Counted from the first letter of the stretch, positions 9,544 to 19,677 are shown. The stretch: 64,000 nt of DNA from Candidatus Heimdallarchaeota archaeon (GCA_019057815.1 JAHLWR010000001.1:64001-128000), one strand, 5' to 3'. Numbers and translations: made by a program. Notes: generated by a model not told the origin, from the letters alone.

Positions 9544-11417
9544 AAAAAACGCATTTTCACTTAATTATAGTATTAATTTTAATTATATTTAGTACTGAAG
9601 GTTTAGCCTTCATAGAAAATGAAACAATTGTTATAGCAGGAAGTAGTAGTTCAGGAGATCTCCCTCCTCCAGATGGGGGATCAGGGGGAGATACCAGTGG
9701 TGGAGGTGCGGCAGGAGGATTATATATGAATTACAGAATTCCACTTGTTTTTAAAACTGGATCTTATGCCCCTACTTTCATATCAATTACATCGTTTCAA
9801 GATGGGCTCCCAATCATATTTGGGTATGAATCTGCATTATTTCCGGAGAATTCAGTTGTTTTAAATGTAACAGAACCTCTTATTATTAACGCGACAGCAG
9901 AACCAGAACTAACAAATGGATCTCTAATACAATCTTATGGACCACTTCAAATAACGGTTTACCATGTTGCGGAATCAGACGAGAAAGATGATAGCTTCTC
10001 ATATTCTCCTTTAGTAATGTCGATGTGGGGAAGAAGATATCAATCACCATTTGACAATGCAAAAGTAATGTTAGTTGCAGGTTTTAATAATACAAATATT
10101 GAGATTAGATATTCTAATGGAACTATATCGTATGAAACAATCCCTTTTGTTGGGGAAGTAATCGAACTAGATGTAACAAATGGGACAATTATTGAAGCTA
10201 ATGGACCAGTAGGAGCAACATTTTATTTTCTCACTCAAGATAGGGGTTCATACGCTTTTACCTCTATTCCTCAATTTCTGTGGGGAAAAGAGTATATGCT
10301 TTCACCTCAACCATTTATAGGTAATCTTTCTTTAGATGATAATTCAACTGAAATAGTATTTACAACCATGGGAGAGGGGAACCTCTCCACGTTAACCATA
10401 TCAAATCTTGGTAGTTTTGATCGCCTTGATGTACCATATAATAGCACAGCTAGCTTAAAAACTAACATTTTAAGAGAAAATGAGCACTATTATGATATTC
10501 TAGGTTTTTCTCTTGAAACAGGTTTAGAAGCCAACTTTTCAATCACCATATTGTATAATTATACAGTTAACAGCGTGATTCATGTATCGGCAATGCAATA
10601 TGTTGCATTAGAAAAAATGAAATGGGCAGAAATTTTCTATGCTACACAGAATTTCCAAAATGATTATTTAAGCTCAGTAGCCTTAGAAGACAGCGATCCG
10701 GTAATAGCATTCTGGGTAAACACAACACATATTGGAATAAGTAATCAATTTTCTGTTAATAAGGGGGACTACTTCAACTTAACATACTTTGGATTATATG
10801 GTTTCGCAGGAAATGGAACATTTTTTGCTTCACAGACAACTCCACCTCCTGAAACTAATTATTGGAATAGTTCAGCAAATATACTCTATCCAATGAATCT
10901 AATGTCTTTGAAAAACACTTCAACATTTTTTCCTTCTTGGTATAGATTCCCTAATGTAAATATAAAAGAAGTCCTTATCTTTCCTGAGGAACCTACAGAA
11001 CTTAGAAAACTAAAGCTAGATATTGTAGTTCAAAATAACGGATCTATTCCTTGTGCACCGTTTCATGTAACAGTATTTGTAAATGAATCATTGAAAATTC
11101 ACACTCTGTTGGAAGGTTTGGATATTAACCAATCGGTGTCAGTCGACTATGAGGAATTTCAATGGTTTGGGAGAAAAGTGCTAAATGTGTCAATTTATGT
11201 CGATTCTTTGAGCCAAATTTTTGAATTAGAAGAATTCGATAACGGTTTTGAGTTAATGATTGAAATAACGCGTAATTGGAATATAATTTATATCGGTGTT
11301 ACTATAGGTGTAATAGTATTTAGCTACTTAGTCTATAGGATAGTAAGAGCACTTTTGAAGAGGAGTAAGAAGCGAAAAAGAAGATTTGATATTATTGTCA
11401 GCGATGTAGAAATTTAA
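9540..11417 (+). CDS. Membrane-anchored surface glycoprotein with a CARDB-like domain and a possible IgGFc-binding-like domain
   Basis: Signal peptide, Gly/Ser/Pro linker, many N-x-S/T sequons, VQNNG...VDSLSQIFELEEFDN CARDB signature, C-terminal TM plus basic tail. Confidence 0.7.
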   Translation: MKKTHFHLIIVLILIIFSTEGLAFIENETIVIAGSSSSGDLPPPDGGSGGDTSGGGAAGGLYMNYRIPLVFKTGSYAPTFISITSFQDGLPIIFGYESALFPENSVVLNVTEPLIINATAEPELTNGSLIQSYGPLQITVYHVAESDEKDDSFSYSPLVMSMWGRRYQSPFDNAKVMLVAGFNNTNIEIRYSNGTISYETIPFVGEVIELDVTNGTIIEANGPVGATFYFLTQDRGSYAFTSIPQFLWGKEYMLSPQPFIGNLSLDDNSTEIVFTTMGEGNLSTLTISNLGSFDRLDVPYNSTASLKTNILRENEHYYDILGFSLETGLEANFSITILYNYTVNSVIHVSAMQYVALEKMKWAEIFYATQNFQNDYLSSVALEDSDPVIAFWVNTTHIGISNQFSVNKGDYFNLTYFGLYGFAGNGTFFASQTTPPPETNYWNSSANILYPMNLMSLKNTSTFFPSWYRFPNVNIKEVLIFPEEPTELRKLKLDIVVQNNGSIPCAPFHVTVFVNESLKIHTLLEGLDINQSVSVDYEEFQWFGRKVLNVSIYVDSLSQIFELEEFDNGFELMIEITRNWNIIYIGVTIGVIVFSYLVYRIVRALLKRSKKRKRRFDIIVSDVEI

Positions 11418-11434
11418 AATGTGAGGGGTAGTGA

Positions 11435-13615
11435 ATGAAAGACGCTATCGATACTAGTAGAAAAGGTAAAAAACAGAATAAAAAACAGAAGGAAGAAGAG
11501 ACCTTCGCACCTTTAAGTGTTATCCTAGCTAGAGACCTAATCTTCATGGATTGGACAATCAATTTTGGTTCACAGATATTAGGTATCATTGTTGGAGCTC
11601 TAATAGGATTTATGTTTGGTACTAATTTATTCGACTTATTCTCACAAACTAAAGAAGTTCCTGCTTCAGCTTATCTTGTATATTACTTTGGAATTGCCTT
11701 AAGTGTTGTAGGTCTCACTCTTTATTATATTCAAAAGATGGGAGTAAGATTGAATTCTCCAAAAAAGATTTCATCAAATTGGTTGAATATAATAAAAATC
11801 TCGTTTTTTGGGTTAGCTTTTGTTTTTGGTGTATCATATTTGTACAAAGATTACATTGTCCCTGCTGCATACAAAATTTCAGGAATAGACATACCTATAA
11901 ATGGAGATTCTGGTGACAATGGAAGTACAGGAATTGACATTCAAACTACTAACCAGTACATACTTCTACTCTTCGCTGTTATATTAACAACTGCGGTGAC
12001 AGCACTCCTCTATGCAGGATTAATGTATTCTATGAATCGTAAAATTGATACATTAATTGGTATTGCAATCATAGCTCCAGCAATTTTGTTAACATTCACC
12101 ATGCTGAATAATTCGATACGAGAAAATCTTCTAGAAGGGAGATTTCTAATATTTTTGACGGATTTTGCATATTTTCTTGTTATTTCTATTGTTACGATCC
12201 TAGTCTATCATATGAGTAGACGCATAGAGCTCACTCTTATCGTATTGTTCTTAGGGTACACTTTTGGTTATGGAGGATCTACTAATATAGTAGATCAGAT
12301 CATTGCTCTTAAATGGGGATTTCCTAACTTCTCTGACAACGTTACCACAACTGCTGATACTCTCACTCGTTCATTGCAAATTTTACAATATACAGGTCTA
12401 TTTGGAATGGTGGCTTTTCCTGTCATATTCTATAAGGACACAATACGATTCGGAAAAAATGTTTGGAAAACTATAAAGATACAAGGTTTACACATTCTAG
12501 CTTTTTTAGTAGTTGTTTTGACCATTGACGTATTGATGACTTGGTTAATGACAAGTATAGGCAATATTTTTATTACTCTAATAATTTTCATAGGGCTCAT
12601 TTGGATAGTTAATTCTATAATATCTAAAAGATATGGTAAGAAAAGCTATACTGGTATGCTTGCTACAATGACCAAAGCAACAATTCAGATGAGTGGGGCA
12701 ATGATTCCACCACTTGAAGCACAGTTTAAACTTCTAGAAGGAAAAGCTAGAAGAAGAACCATTACACTTCTGATCACTGGAACTGTCATTCCTGTTACAA
12801 TATATTTTGTAGTTATGTATATTACTACAGCAATTACTTCGCTTACACCTGTAAGTACAGCAATTTTCATGTACACAGTTGTTCCACTTTCGATAGCTGC
12901 TATTGCTTTTGCCATAACGTTCTTCTTTGTTAAAGATCCTCTTATTAAGGGAAAATTTTCCTATCCTATTAAAGCGGTATCAGTTATTGGAGGGATAGTT
13001 TATTTTATATTTGCATGCGACCAATTGATTTTCAACAACGTTGGATATTATCCCCTCTTTGTTCTATTTTACCCACTATTAGTTTATATCCCAATAAGAT
13101 CCAAGAAAAAAGTGGGAAGTTTACTTCTATCCATACCGGGAGAAAACAGAAAAAAAGCACTTCGAGAATTGCTAATAAGAAAAGATATGGAGATTATAAA
13201 ACTGGAAGATCATTTTTACAGCGCCCCTCCAATTATTAAAGTTTGGCTAGCCCTCATTCTGTCAAAACGGGGAGATAGAGAAAAAACAATTGAAAACCTA
13301 TCTGTAATGCTTAAAAGTGGTTTTCCACTAGAGAGAGCTACTTCAGCATTATGTTTACTTTATCTCAAACATCAACAAAGTGAAGAAAAATTAGTTAAAT
13401 TACTGGAAAATGACGTGGATCCAAGTGTAAGAAAAGCAATTGCATATGGTCTTAGATATCCAGATAATTTATCAGAAGAAATGTTTAAACGAATAATCGA
13501 TTCACAACATTATGAGGATGATGCAAGAGTGCAAGAAGTCCTAAAAAAAACCATTGTTTTATTGGATGAACATTTTGATAAGGCAGAAGAAGAAATATAT
13601 CTGGAAGAGATATAG
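11435..13615 (+). CDS. Polytopic membrane protein with C-terminal HEAT-like repeats
   Basis: Many TM segments, then LERATSALCL / DPSVRKAIAYGL / DARVQEVL HEAT-like helices. Confidence 0.7.
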   Translation: MKDAIDTSRKGKKQNKKQKEEETFAPLSVILARDLIFMDWTINFGSQILGIIVGALIGFMFGTNLFDLFSQTKEVPASAYLVYYFGIALSVVGLTLYYIQKMGVRLNSPKKISSNWLNIIKISFFGLAFVFGVSYLYKDYIVPAAYKISGIDIPINGDSGDNGSTGIDIQTTNQYILLLFAVILTTAVTALLYAGLMYSMNRKIDTLIGIAIIAPAILLTFTMLNNSIRENLLEGRFLIFLTDFAYFLVISIVTILVYHMSRRIELTLIVLFLGYTFGYGGSTNIVDQIIALKWGFPNFSDNVTTTADTLTRSLQILQYTGLFGMVAFPVIFYKDTIRFGKNVWKTIKIQGLHILAFLVVVLTIDVLMTWLMTSIGNIFITLIIFIGLIWIVNSIISKRYGKKSYTGMLATMTKATIQMSGAMIPPLEAQFKLLEGKARRRTITLLITGTVIPVTIYFVVMYITTAITSLTPVSTAIFMYTVVPLSIAAIAFAITFFFVKDPLIKGKFSYPIKAVSVIGGIVYFIFACDQLIFNNVGYYPLFVLFYPLLVYIPIRSKKKVGSLLLSIPGENRKKALRELLIRKDMEIIKLEDHFYSAPPIIKVWLALILSKRGDREKTIENLSVMLKSGFPLERATSALCLLYLKHQQSEEKLVKLLENDVDPSVRKAIAYGLRYPDNLSEEMFKRIIDSQHYEDDARVQEVLKKTIVLLDEHFDKAEEEIYLEEI

Positions 13616-13673
13616 TTAAAGGCTTTATCATAGGGCAAAAAGATCTTAGTTAAAAGTAAATAGATAATAGGAG

Positions 13674-14360
13674 TTATTTAAGGATGATTCTAGCATCTAC
13701 AGGGAAGATACCTTGTTCATTGGCTATAATCGGGTTTATGTCCATTTCCGCAATGTAATCTCTATATTCCCATGCCAGTTTAGAAAGTATCACCATTTGT
13801 TCTGCTAATTTTTCTCTGTCAACTTTTACCATACCTCTAAAACCATTTAATAAATTCTGTGTTTTTATTTCTTCTATTGCACTAAGTGCTTGTTCTTTTG
13901 TACATGGACACATTCGAAAAACCACATCACGCAAAACCTCTACAAAAACTCCACCTGGTCCTATCAAAATCACAGGTCCAAATGTTTCATCTATCTGGCT
14001 TCCTATTATCAGTTCTATCCCCTTTTTGACCATCTTTTCAACTAGTATTCCTTCAATTTCTTTATTAGCAAATCGTTGCATATAATCTCTATACACACCT
14101 CTTACCTTTTCTTCTGTATCAAGTCCAATTACAACTGCACCTTCCTCTGTTTTATGTAAAATATGAGGACTCATAAGTTTCATTGCCACGTTTCCTTCGA
14201 AATCATGAAAGGCTTTAACAGCTTCTTCCTCACTTTTTACTAAACACGAGGGAGGTAAAACTAAACCTAATATCTTCAGAATATCCTTTGCTTCATGCTC
14301 TAATAATGCGTTTCTACCAGATTTTTTGACGTTCTCAAATATGTTTATCACTTCACTCAT
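13674..14360 (-). CDS. acdB: ADP-forming acetate/acyl-CoA synthetase beta subunit (ATP-grasp)
   Basis: LLEHEAK, HKTEEGAV, ELIIG..DETFGPVI, EMDINP, VDARII. Confidence 0.92.
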   Translation of the reverse strand: MSEVINIFENVKKSGRNALLEHEAKDILKILGLVLPPSCLVKSEEEAVKAFHDFEGNVAMKLMSPHILHKTEEGAVVIGLDTEEKVRGVYRDYMQRFANKEIEGILVEKMVKKGIELIIGSQIDETFGPVILIGPGGVFVEVLRDVVFRMCPCTKEQALSAIEEIKTQNLLNGFRGMVKVDREKLAEQMVILSKLAWEYRDYIAEMDINPIIANEQGIFPVDARIILK

Positions 14361-14369
14361 AATCTTCAC

Positions 14370-15800
14370 CTATTGTTTTTTCAAGGGGGATTCATTTACA
14401 TTGTAGCGTTTTAAGAATTTTGCATATTGTGTCAACAATCCCACAGCACGAACAGCTCTACCTGGGCTATCAAAACAGGGAACATCTTCCTGAAGTAATT
14501 TCTCTGTTCCCCAAATTGCTTCGTTGCCCCCTACAAGAGCTGTTAGAAAGGGTTTATCTTTTCTTTTTGAAAGCTCTTTAGTGATTTGTATATATTCCTC
14601 TATATTCAGATTTGGTATGCAAGGAAGGCAAAGATTAACAACACTATCGACGTTAGGATCGCTATATACTGCTTCTAGAGCTATACGATAGTCTTCAGCT
14701 GTTGCACTCCCGGTAATATCAATTGGGTTTTCTGTAGCATAAAAAACTGGGAAGGATTCATCTAGCTTCTTTTGTGTTTCTTCAGAGAACTTTGCTAGTT
14801 TTAAATTACAGTCAGAAACCATATCTGAAGCCATAACTCCAGCACCACCCCCATCTGTAACGATAGCTACTCTATCACCAGCTGGTAAAGGTTGTGTTCC
14901 AAAAGCCAATACGCAATCTTCAAGTTCACCCCATGTAGTAACTCTAATAAATCCTGCTTCAGTGAGAAGATCATCCACTACAGCATCATTTGAGGAAAGA
15001 GCTGCAGTATGAGATGCTCCAGCTTTAGCCCCTGTTTCCGTTCTATTGGCTTTAATTCCCATGATTGGTTTCTTTAACGAAATTTCTCTGACTTTTTCAA
15101 TGAATTTTCTACCATTCTTGAAATCTTCAAGATAAACTAATATCACTTTTGTTTCTTCATCACTACCCAAATAATCAATGCAATCTGCTTCATTAATATC
15201 TGATGCATTACCATAACTTATGAACTTCGATACCCAATTTCCACTACCAAGACGATATAACTGATCAATAAAAGCTGCACCAAAAGCTCCACTCTGGGTA
15301 AAGATCGATACTTTCCCAGATTTTGGTCTTTTAAGTTTTGATTCAGGTAGGAACATTGTATCATAACCAAGTTTAGGAGCATATAATCCTAAACAATTGG
15401 GACCAATAACGTTAATTCTATATTCATTCATTATTTCAAGCATTTTTTCTTGAATCTTTTGCCCCTCAACTCCTATCTCAGAAAAGCCACCAGTTGTGAT
15501 AATTACTTCTCTTATTGCTTTCTTACCACATTCTTCAAGAGCTTTGGGAGCATATTTTGCAGGAACAATAATAATGGCAACATCTACAGTACCTTCAATA
15601 TCTAAGATTGATTTGTACAAAGGATACTTCTTGCCAGCAAGCTCATGTTCCCCTCCTTTAGGGTTCACAAGATAGAGCTTTCCTGGAAACTTTTTCGCAA
15701 AATTCTCTGCAACAACGCCTCCTGGTTTAAGAGGATTAGTAGAAGCGCCAATAACACAGAAACTTGTTGCATCAAAAAAATTCTTGAGTTTATTAGACAT
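14370..15800 (-). CDS. acdA: ADP-forming acetate/acyl-CoA synthetase alpha subunit; start at 15800 or 15809, not 16019
   Basis: VIGASTNPLKPG, GPNCLG, QSGAFG, phospho-His motif ASHTAAL, NPIDITG. Confidence 0.93.
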   Translation of the reverse strand: MSNKLKNFFDATSFCVIGASTNPLKPGGVVAENFAKKFPGKLYLVNPKGGEHELAGKKYPLYKSILDIEGTVDVAIIIVPAKYAPKALEECGKKAIREVIITTGGFSEIGVEGQKIQEKMLEIMNEYRINVIGPNCLGLYAPKLGYDTMFLPESKLKRPKSGKVSIFTQSGAFGAAFIDQLYRLGSGNWVSKFISYGNASDINEADCIDYLGSDEETKVILVYLEDFKNGRKFIEKVREISLKKPIMGIKANRTETGAKAGASHTAALSSNDAVVDDLLTEAGFIRVTTWGELEDCVLAFGTQPLPAGDRVAIVTDGGGAGVMASDMVSDCNLKLAKFSEETQKKLDESFPVFYATENPIDITGSATAEDYRIALEAVYSDPNVDSVVNLCLPCIPNLNIEEYIQITKELSKRKDKPFLTALVGGNEAIWGTEKLLQEDVPCFDSPGRAVRAVGLLTQYAKFLKRYNVNESPLKKQ

Positions 15801-15960
15801 GTTTCTCATTCTGTTCTTTAAATATCTGATTAAAAATATTGTTTTTAGCACATAAATATCATTAAATGTCACGAAAAACGTATTTAAGCACTTATTTAAA
15901 GCTTTAAGCTTTTTTGAGAATTTGAAAAGAGATATAAAGGTGTTATAACCGTAAATAAAT

Positions 15961-16572
15961 ATGGGTCGTAATAGATTTCTATCTAATTTGGTCGCGTTGA
16001 TTGTAAGTTTAGCAATCACCTATCCAATTGTGCATTTTATCGACAATGTTACACGTGGAGGGACTATAAGTGTAAATGCGGGTGCGTTTCTATTCGGTGG
16101 TTTTATACTGGGATTAATTGCCTATAAAAACGATGGAATAAAGATAGCTGCAATTATTTCAATAACGATTTTCATATTAGCTACTATTGTTGGTGTAATG
16201 ATGATAGTAGCTGGAGGAGGAACTATAGGAGATTTCTCACAAGACGTTGTCGAACAAATATTTGGACCAATTTTGGGTTTGACGTTTATCATAATTGGAA
16301 TAATACTCATCGTAGGTTTTGCTATTGCAGCAGGATTGTTCATAGTAGCTTCAGCAATAGGATCAGCTATTGGTAATAGTATTTGGAGAGACAAAGAAAA
16401 GGAACTTGAAGCTAGAGGAGCATATAGTCCAGATGCTTATCAGCCAGCTCAGCAACCTTATCAACAACCCTACCAACAACCACAACAAGCAAGAGTCAAA
16501 CTATGTCAATATTGCGGAACTGAAGTTCCTAGTTCGGATAGTTTCTGTATAAATTGTGGAGCAAAGATTTAA
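15961..16572 (+). CDS. Membrane protein with Q/P/Y-rich linker and C-terminal zinc ribbon
   Basis: 4-5 TM segments, QQPYQQPYQQPQQ, CQYC...CINC. Confidence 0.8.
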   Translation: MGRNRFLSNLVALIVSLAITYPIVHFIDNVTRGGTISVNAGAFLFGGFILGLIAYKNDGIKIAAIISITIFILATIVGVMMIVAGGGTIGDFSQDVVEQIFGPILGLTFIIIGIILIVGFAIAAGLFIVASAIGSAIGNSIWRDKEKELEARGAYSPDAYQPAQQPYQQPYQQPQQARVKLCQYCGTEVPSSDSFCINCGAKI

Positions 16573-16678
16573 TTCTTTCTCTTTTTCATTATTATTTATG
16601 TTTTTTGAGCCAAAATCACATCTAGATACTATAACATGAAAGACAACTTTTTGTATTTCATTAACATCTACACTCTTA

Positions 16679-17848
16679 ATGACAGATGATACTCCAGTTT
16701 TTTGGTCAGCTCCTTATCAAAAAGAGATATGTGCTAAAATCGTAGAAGTTAATGAAACTGAACTGAGATTCGATCGAGCATTATTTTATCCCGGTGGTGG
16801 AGGTCAACCACACGATTTAGGAACCATGAGCTATCAAGAGTATACACTACCTATCATTGAGGTTTATACAATAGAAGGAGAAATTTGGCATAAAATTGAT
16901 AAGAAAGAGACAATAGATTTTCAAGTCGATGAAGATGTTAAACTAGAACTAAATTGGAATCGTCGATACAATCTGATGAGAAGCCACACAGCTCAGCATT
17001 TATTGTCCTATTACATCAGAGAAATGCATGAATGTGAAACAATCAAAGCTAATTTTGATGAAGGGAAAATAGAAATCGAAACATCAAAAAAACTAAATCT
17101 TAATGATGTGATTAGAGTTCTCGAAGAATCCAATCATCGATTAGAAGAAAATGCTGATGTAATATCGATTATTGTTAATCAGGAAGCTTTCCAGGAAGAG
17201 TATAAGAGGAAAATTAGGGGAAAAACATCTGACGAAAAAAAAGTTAGAATGATACAATTAGGTGATTTTGACCTAGTGTGCTGTGGAGGAACACATGTTA
17301 ATAAAATGGCTGAAGTGAGAGGAATTTTTCTCGAAACAGTGAAAAACAGGGTCATAAAACTCTACACTGGTGGGAAAGGGATTAATTACACTAATAGACA
17401 AAGAGCAAATCTTCATGCGCTTGAAGAAATAACAGAGAAAAAAGATTCAAAACTAATTGAGCTTGTTAATAATAAATTGAAAGAAAATAAAAACCTAGAG
17501 GAAGGAAATATACTCCTTTTGAAATTACTTTTTCAAAAAATTCACACTTGGTCAGAAAAAATACAGAATTATTCTGTGATACTTTTGGATATCCCCACTC
17601 TTGACAGAATAACAGTTCAAGCAGCATTAAAGGAAGTGAGGGAAAAGATATTTGTTGCGATAATAGGCAAAAATGCTATTCTTTACCTTATTTCTACTAA
17701 CGAACGCATAAAAGCAAATGAGGTAATTGATAAAATAAAAGAGAAAACACGAGCTAAAGGCGGAGGTAATGAGGGGTTTGCACAGATGTCAGTCAAGGAT
17801 ATAGAAGAACCTTTACAACTAGTTAGGGAAGTAATATCTTCCCTGTGA
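16679..17848 (+). CDS. alaX: AlaX-type free-standing tRNA editing protein with C-terminal DHHA1/C-Ala domain
   Basis: FYPGGGGQPHDLG, HTAQH, CCGGTH, KGGG. Confidence 0.88.
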   Translation: MTDDTPVFWSAPYQKEICAKIVEVNETELRFDRALFYPGGGGQPHDLGTMSYQEYTLPIIEVYTIEGEIWHKIDKKETIDFQVDEDVKLELNWNRRYNLMRSHTAQHLLSYYIREMHECETIKANFDEGKIEIETSKKLNLNDVIRVLEESNHRLEENADVISIIVNQEAFQEEYKRKIRGKTSDEKKVRMIQLGDFDLVCCGGTHVNKMAEVRGIFLETVKNRVIKLYTGGKGINYTNRQRANLHALEEITEKKDSKLIELVNNKLKENKNLEEGNILLLKLLFQKIHTWSEKIQNYSVILLDIPTLDRITVQAALKEVREKIFVAIIGKNAILYLISTNERIKANEVIDKIKEKTRAKGGGNEGFAQMSVKDIEEPLQLVREVISSL

Positions 17849-17855
17849 AGAATTT

Positions 17856-18851
17856 TTAATACCAATCTTTTTTTGATTCTATATATGTATAAGTTAAAGG
17901 ATCATGTTTATCGTTTCTTTTAACCTTCTTCTCGTCAACTAATTTATTAAGATGAGCAGTCATATTAGCTCTGGGAGCTAGAACATTGTAGGGGTGATAC
18001 CACTTAATTCCTTGTGCACTATGTACTCTTTCTATCAAGTCATCGACTGTTAGAAATTTTCGTTCCATCATAGCCATCACTAATTGACTTTCAAATTCTT
18101 TGAATGCTCTAACTACATCTTCGATGTAGGGTTTAACATGACGTCCTTCTTGTACCAGGTCATGAGCAGGACACAAAACGGAAATTTTTGCTTTTAATAA
18201 AAATTCAATGTTCGAGAACCATTGTTTATAAGAAGCTGAATGATCTATCAAGTAACTATGAGGAAGGGAGGGATAAATACTAAGAGCATCTCCAACAAAC
18301 ATTGTTCTCTCTGTAGTGTAGAAGAACATACTATGACCTAGACAATGACTGTCATAGTTTATGATCATTAATTTTCCATCTCCTAAGTCAAATTTGTCTC
18401 CATCTTTGAAAAGGATATCAGGCTTAAAACGCTCTAATTCATCAAAAGGATCTTTTCTTATAGCAAAATATAATCGTTCTTTCTTTGTATATTTAAAGTA
18501 TTTAACTTTTAATACATTCTTAGGATTTTTTGCTACTTCTTCACATTTTTGATTTATTGCTACTTGGGCTTTTGTAAAGATTTTCTTTAAGCGATAGACT
18601 CCAGCCATGGTATCAGGGTGAGGGTGAGTAAGGAAGATATATTTCACATCTTTAGGATTTTTGTTCCTGTTAACCACAGCTTCTTGAAATAAGGTGTCTA
18701 GTGACCCTTTTGTTCCTGTATCAATTATAGCAAGATTGTCTTTACCTACAAGATAGCCTCTTGTCAGTTCTCCACCATCACCTAGTGGTCCATCAACAAC
18801 AGAAATTGTTTCTTTTAAACTTTTAATTGGATCTCCTATCACTTTTATCAC
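17856..18851 (-). CDS. Metallo-beta-lactamase-fold hydrolase with C-terminal winged helix
   Basis: IDTG, THPHPDT (degenerate HxHxDH), HCLGH, GDA, PAH. Confidence 0.8.
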   Translation of the reverse strand: MIKVIGDPIKSLKETISVVDGPLGDGGELTRGYLVGKDNLAIIDTGTKGSLDTLFQEAVVNRNKNPKDVKYIFLTHPHPDTMAGVYRLKKIFTKAQVAINQKCEEVAKNPKNVLKVKYFKYTKKERLYFAIRKDPFDELERFKPDILFKDGDKFDLGDGKLMIINYDSHCLGHSMFFYTTERTMFVGDALSIYPSLPHSYLIDHSASYKQWFSNIEFLLKAKISVLCPAHDLVQEGRHVKPYIEDVVRAFKEFESQLVMAMMERKFLTVDDLIERVHSAQGIKWYHPYNVLAPRANMTAHLNKLVDEKKVKRNDKHDPLTYTYIESKKDWY

Positions 18852-18858
18852 TTCTTGA

Positions 18859-19677
18859 CTATTTAGCTTCAGATAATATTACCTTTACTACTTGACTAAC
18901 TTTTTTCATTCTATCGATTTCTTTAGACTTCTCAACTTTAGATTTTTGATAGGCTTTTTCACCTAGTTCTCCAGTTTGTGATTGAACATATAAAATTTCT
19001 AAGTTTCTCTGAAGTTGTTTCATTTTTCTTTCTAAAGCATCAAAAGTCTTTTTCATCTTAGTAAGTTCTATATTCAACTTCATATTAAAGCTTTCAAGAT
19101 TTTTCTTGTACTTAACCTCCATCTCATCGTAAGTCCCTCGGCTTATAGCTTTATCACCTTTTAAAGCTTGAAGACGTTTATACTTTTGACGCTCATTATT
19201 TCGATCTTCAATGATTTGTTCGATGGGTAATATAGCACTGAAATCTTCAAATTCAGCTTCAGTTTTTGTTATTTCACCTATTTCAGATGATAACGTTTTT
19301 ACTTTCGGTTTAGCTTCGCTAGCAGGGATGAGCTTATTTTTCACCCTATCTAGGAGTTTTGAGACTTCATCTTCAAGTTCTCGCTTTCTTTTTAGAAGAG
19401 AATTGTATTGTTCTCGTTTAACAACAGTTTCTGCGATTCTCTCAACTAGTTCATCATCACTTAGCTCTTTCTTCTCTACCTCTTCTTCTATCTCAATAGG
19501 TTCTTCAACTTCGTAAATTACACCGGTAGGAGATGTCTCGTCTTTCTTAACGCTCTCAACAACTTCACTAATCTCAACTTGTTTAGATTCTACTGGTCGG
19601 ATTATTTTAGCGCCACATTTACGACAAAAATTCCAATGGTCTTCGGTGGGGTTACGGCAGAATGGACATTCACTCAT
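18859..19677 (-). CDS. Zinc-ribbon + CdvA-like coiled-coil protein
   Basis: CPFC..CRKC; helical-hairpin motifs KAISRGTYDEM and TGELGEKAY; AGGTGA SD before ATG 19677. Confidence 0.6.
   Translation of the reverse strand: MSECPFCRNPTEDHWNFCRKCGAKIIRPVESKQVEISEVVESVKKDETSPTGVIYEVEEPIEIEEEVEKKELSDDELVERIAETVVKREQYNSLLKRKRELEDEVSKLLDRVKNKLIPASEAKPKVKTLSSEIGEITKTEAEFEDFSAILPIEQIIEDRNNERQKYKRLQALKGDKAISRGTYDEMEVKYKKNLESFNMKLNIELTKMKKTFDALERKMKQLQRNLEILYVQSQTGELGEKAYQKSKVEKSKEIDRMKKVSQVVKVILSEAK

Noticed and set aside
15801-16019. 73-aa N-terminal extension of ACD alpha in the ORF track
   Set aside because: It overlaps the divergent gene at 15961 and the AT-rich promoter region; homology begins at MSNKLKNFF (15800)
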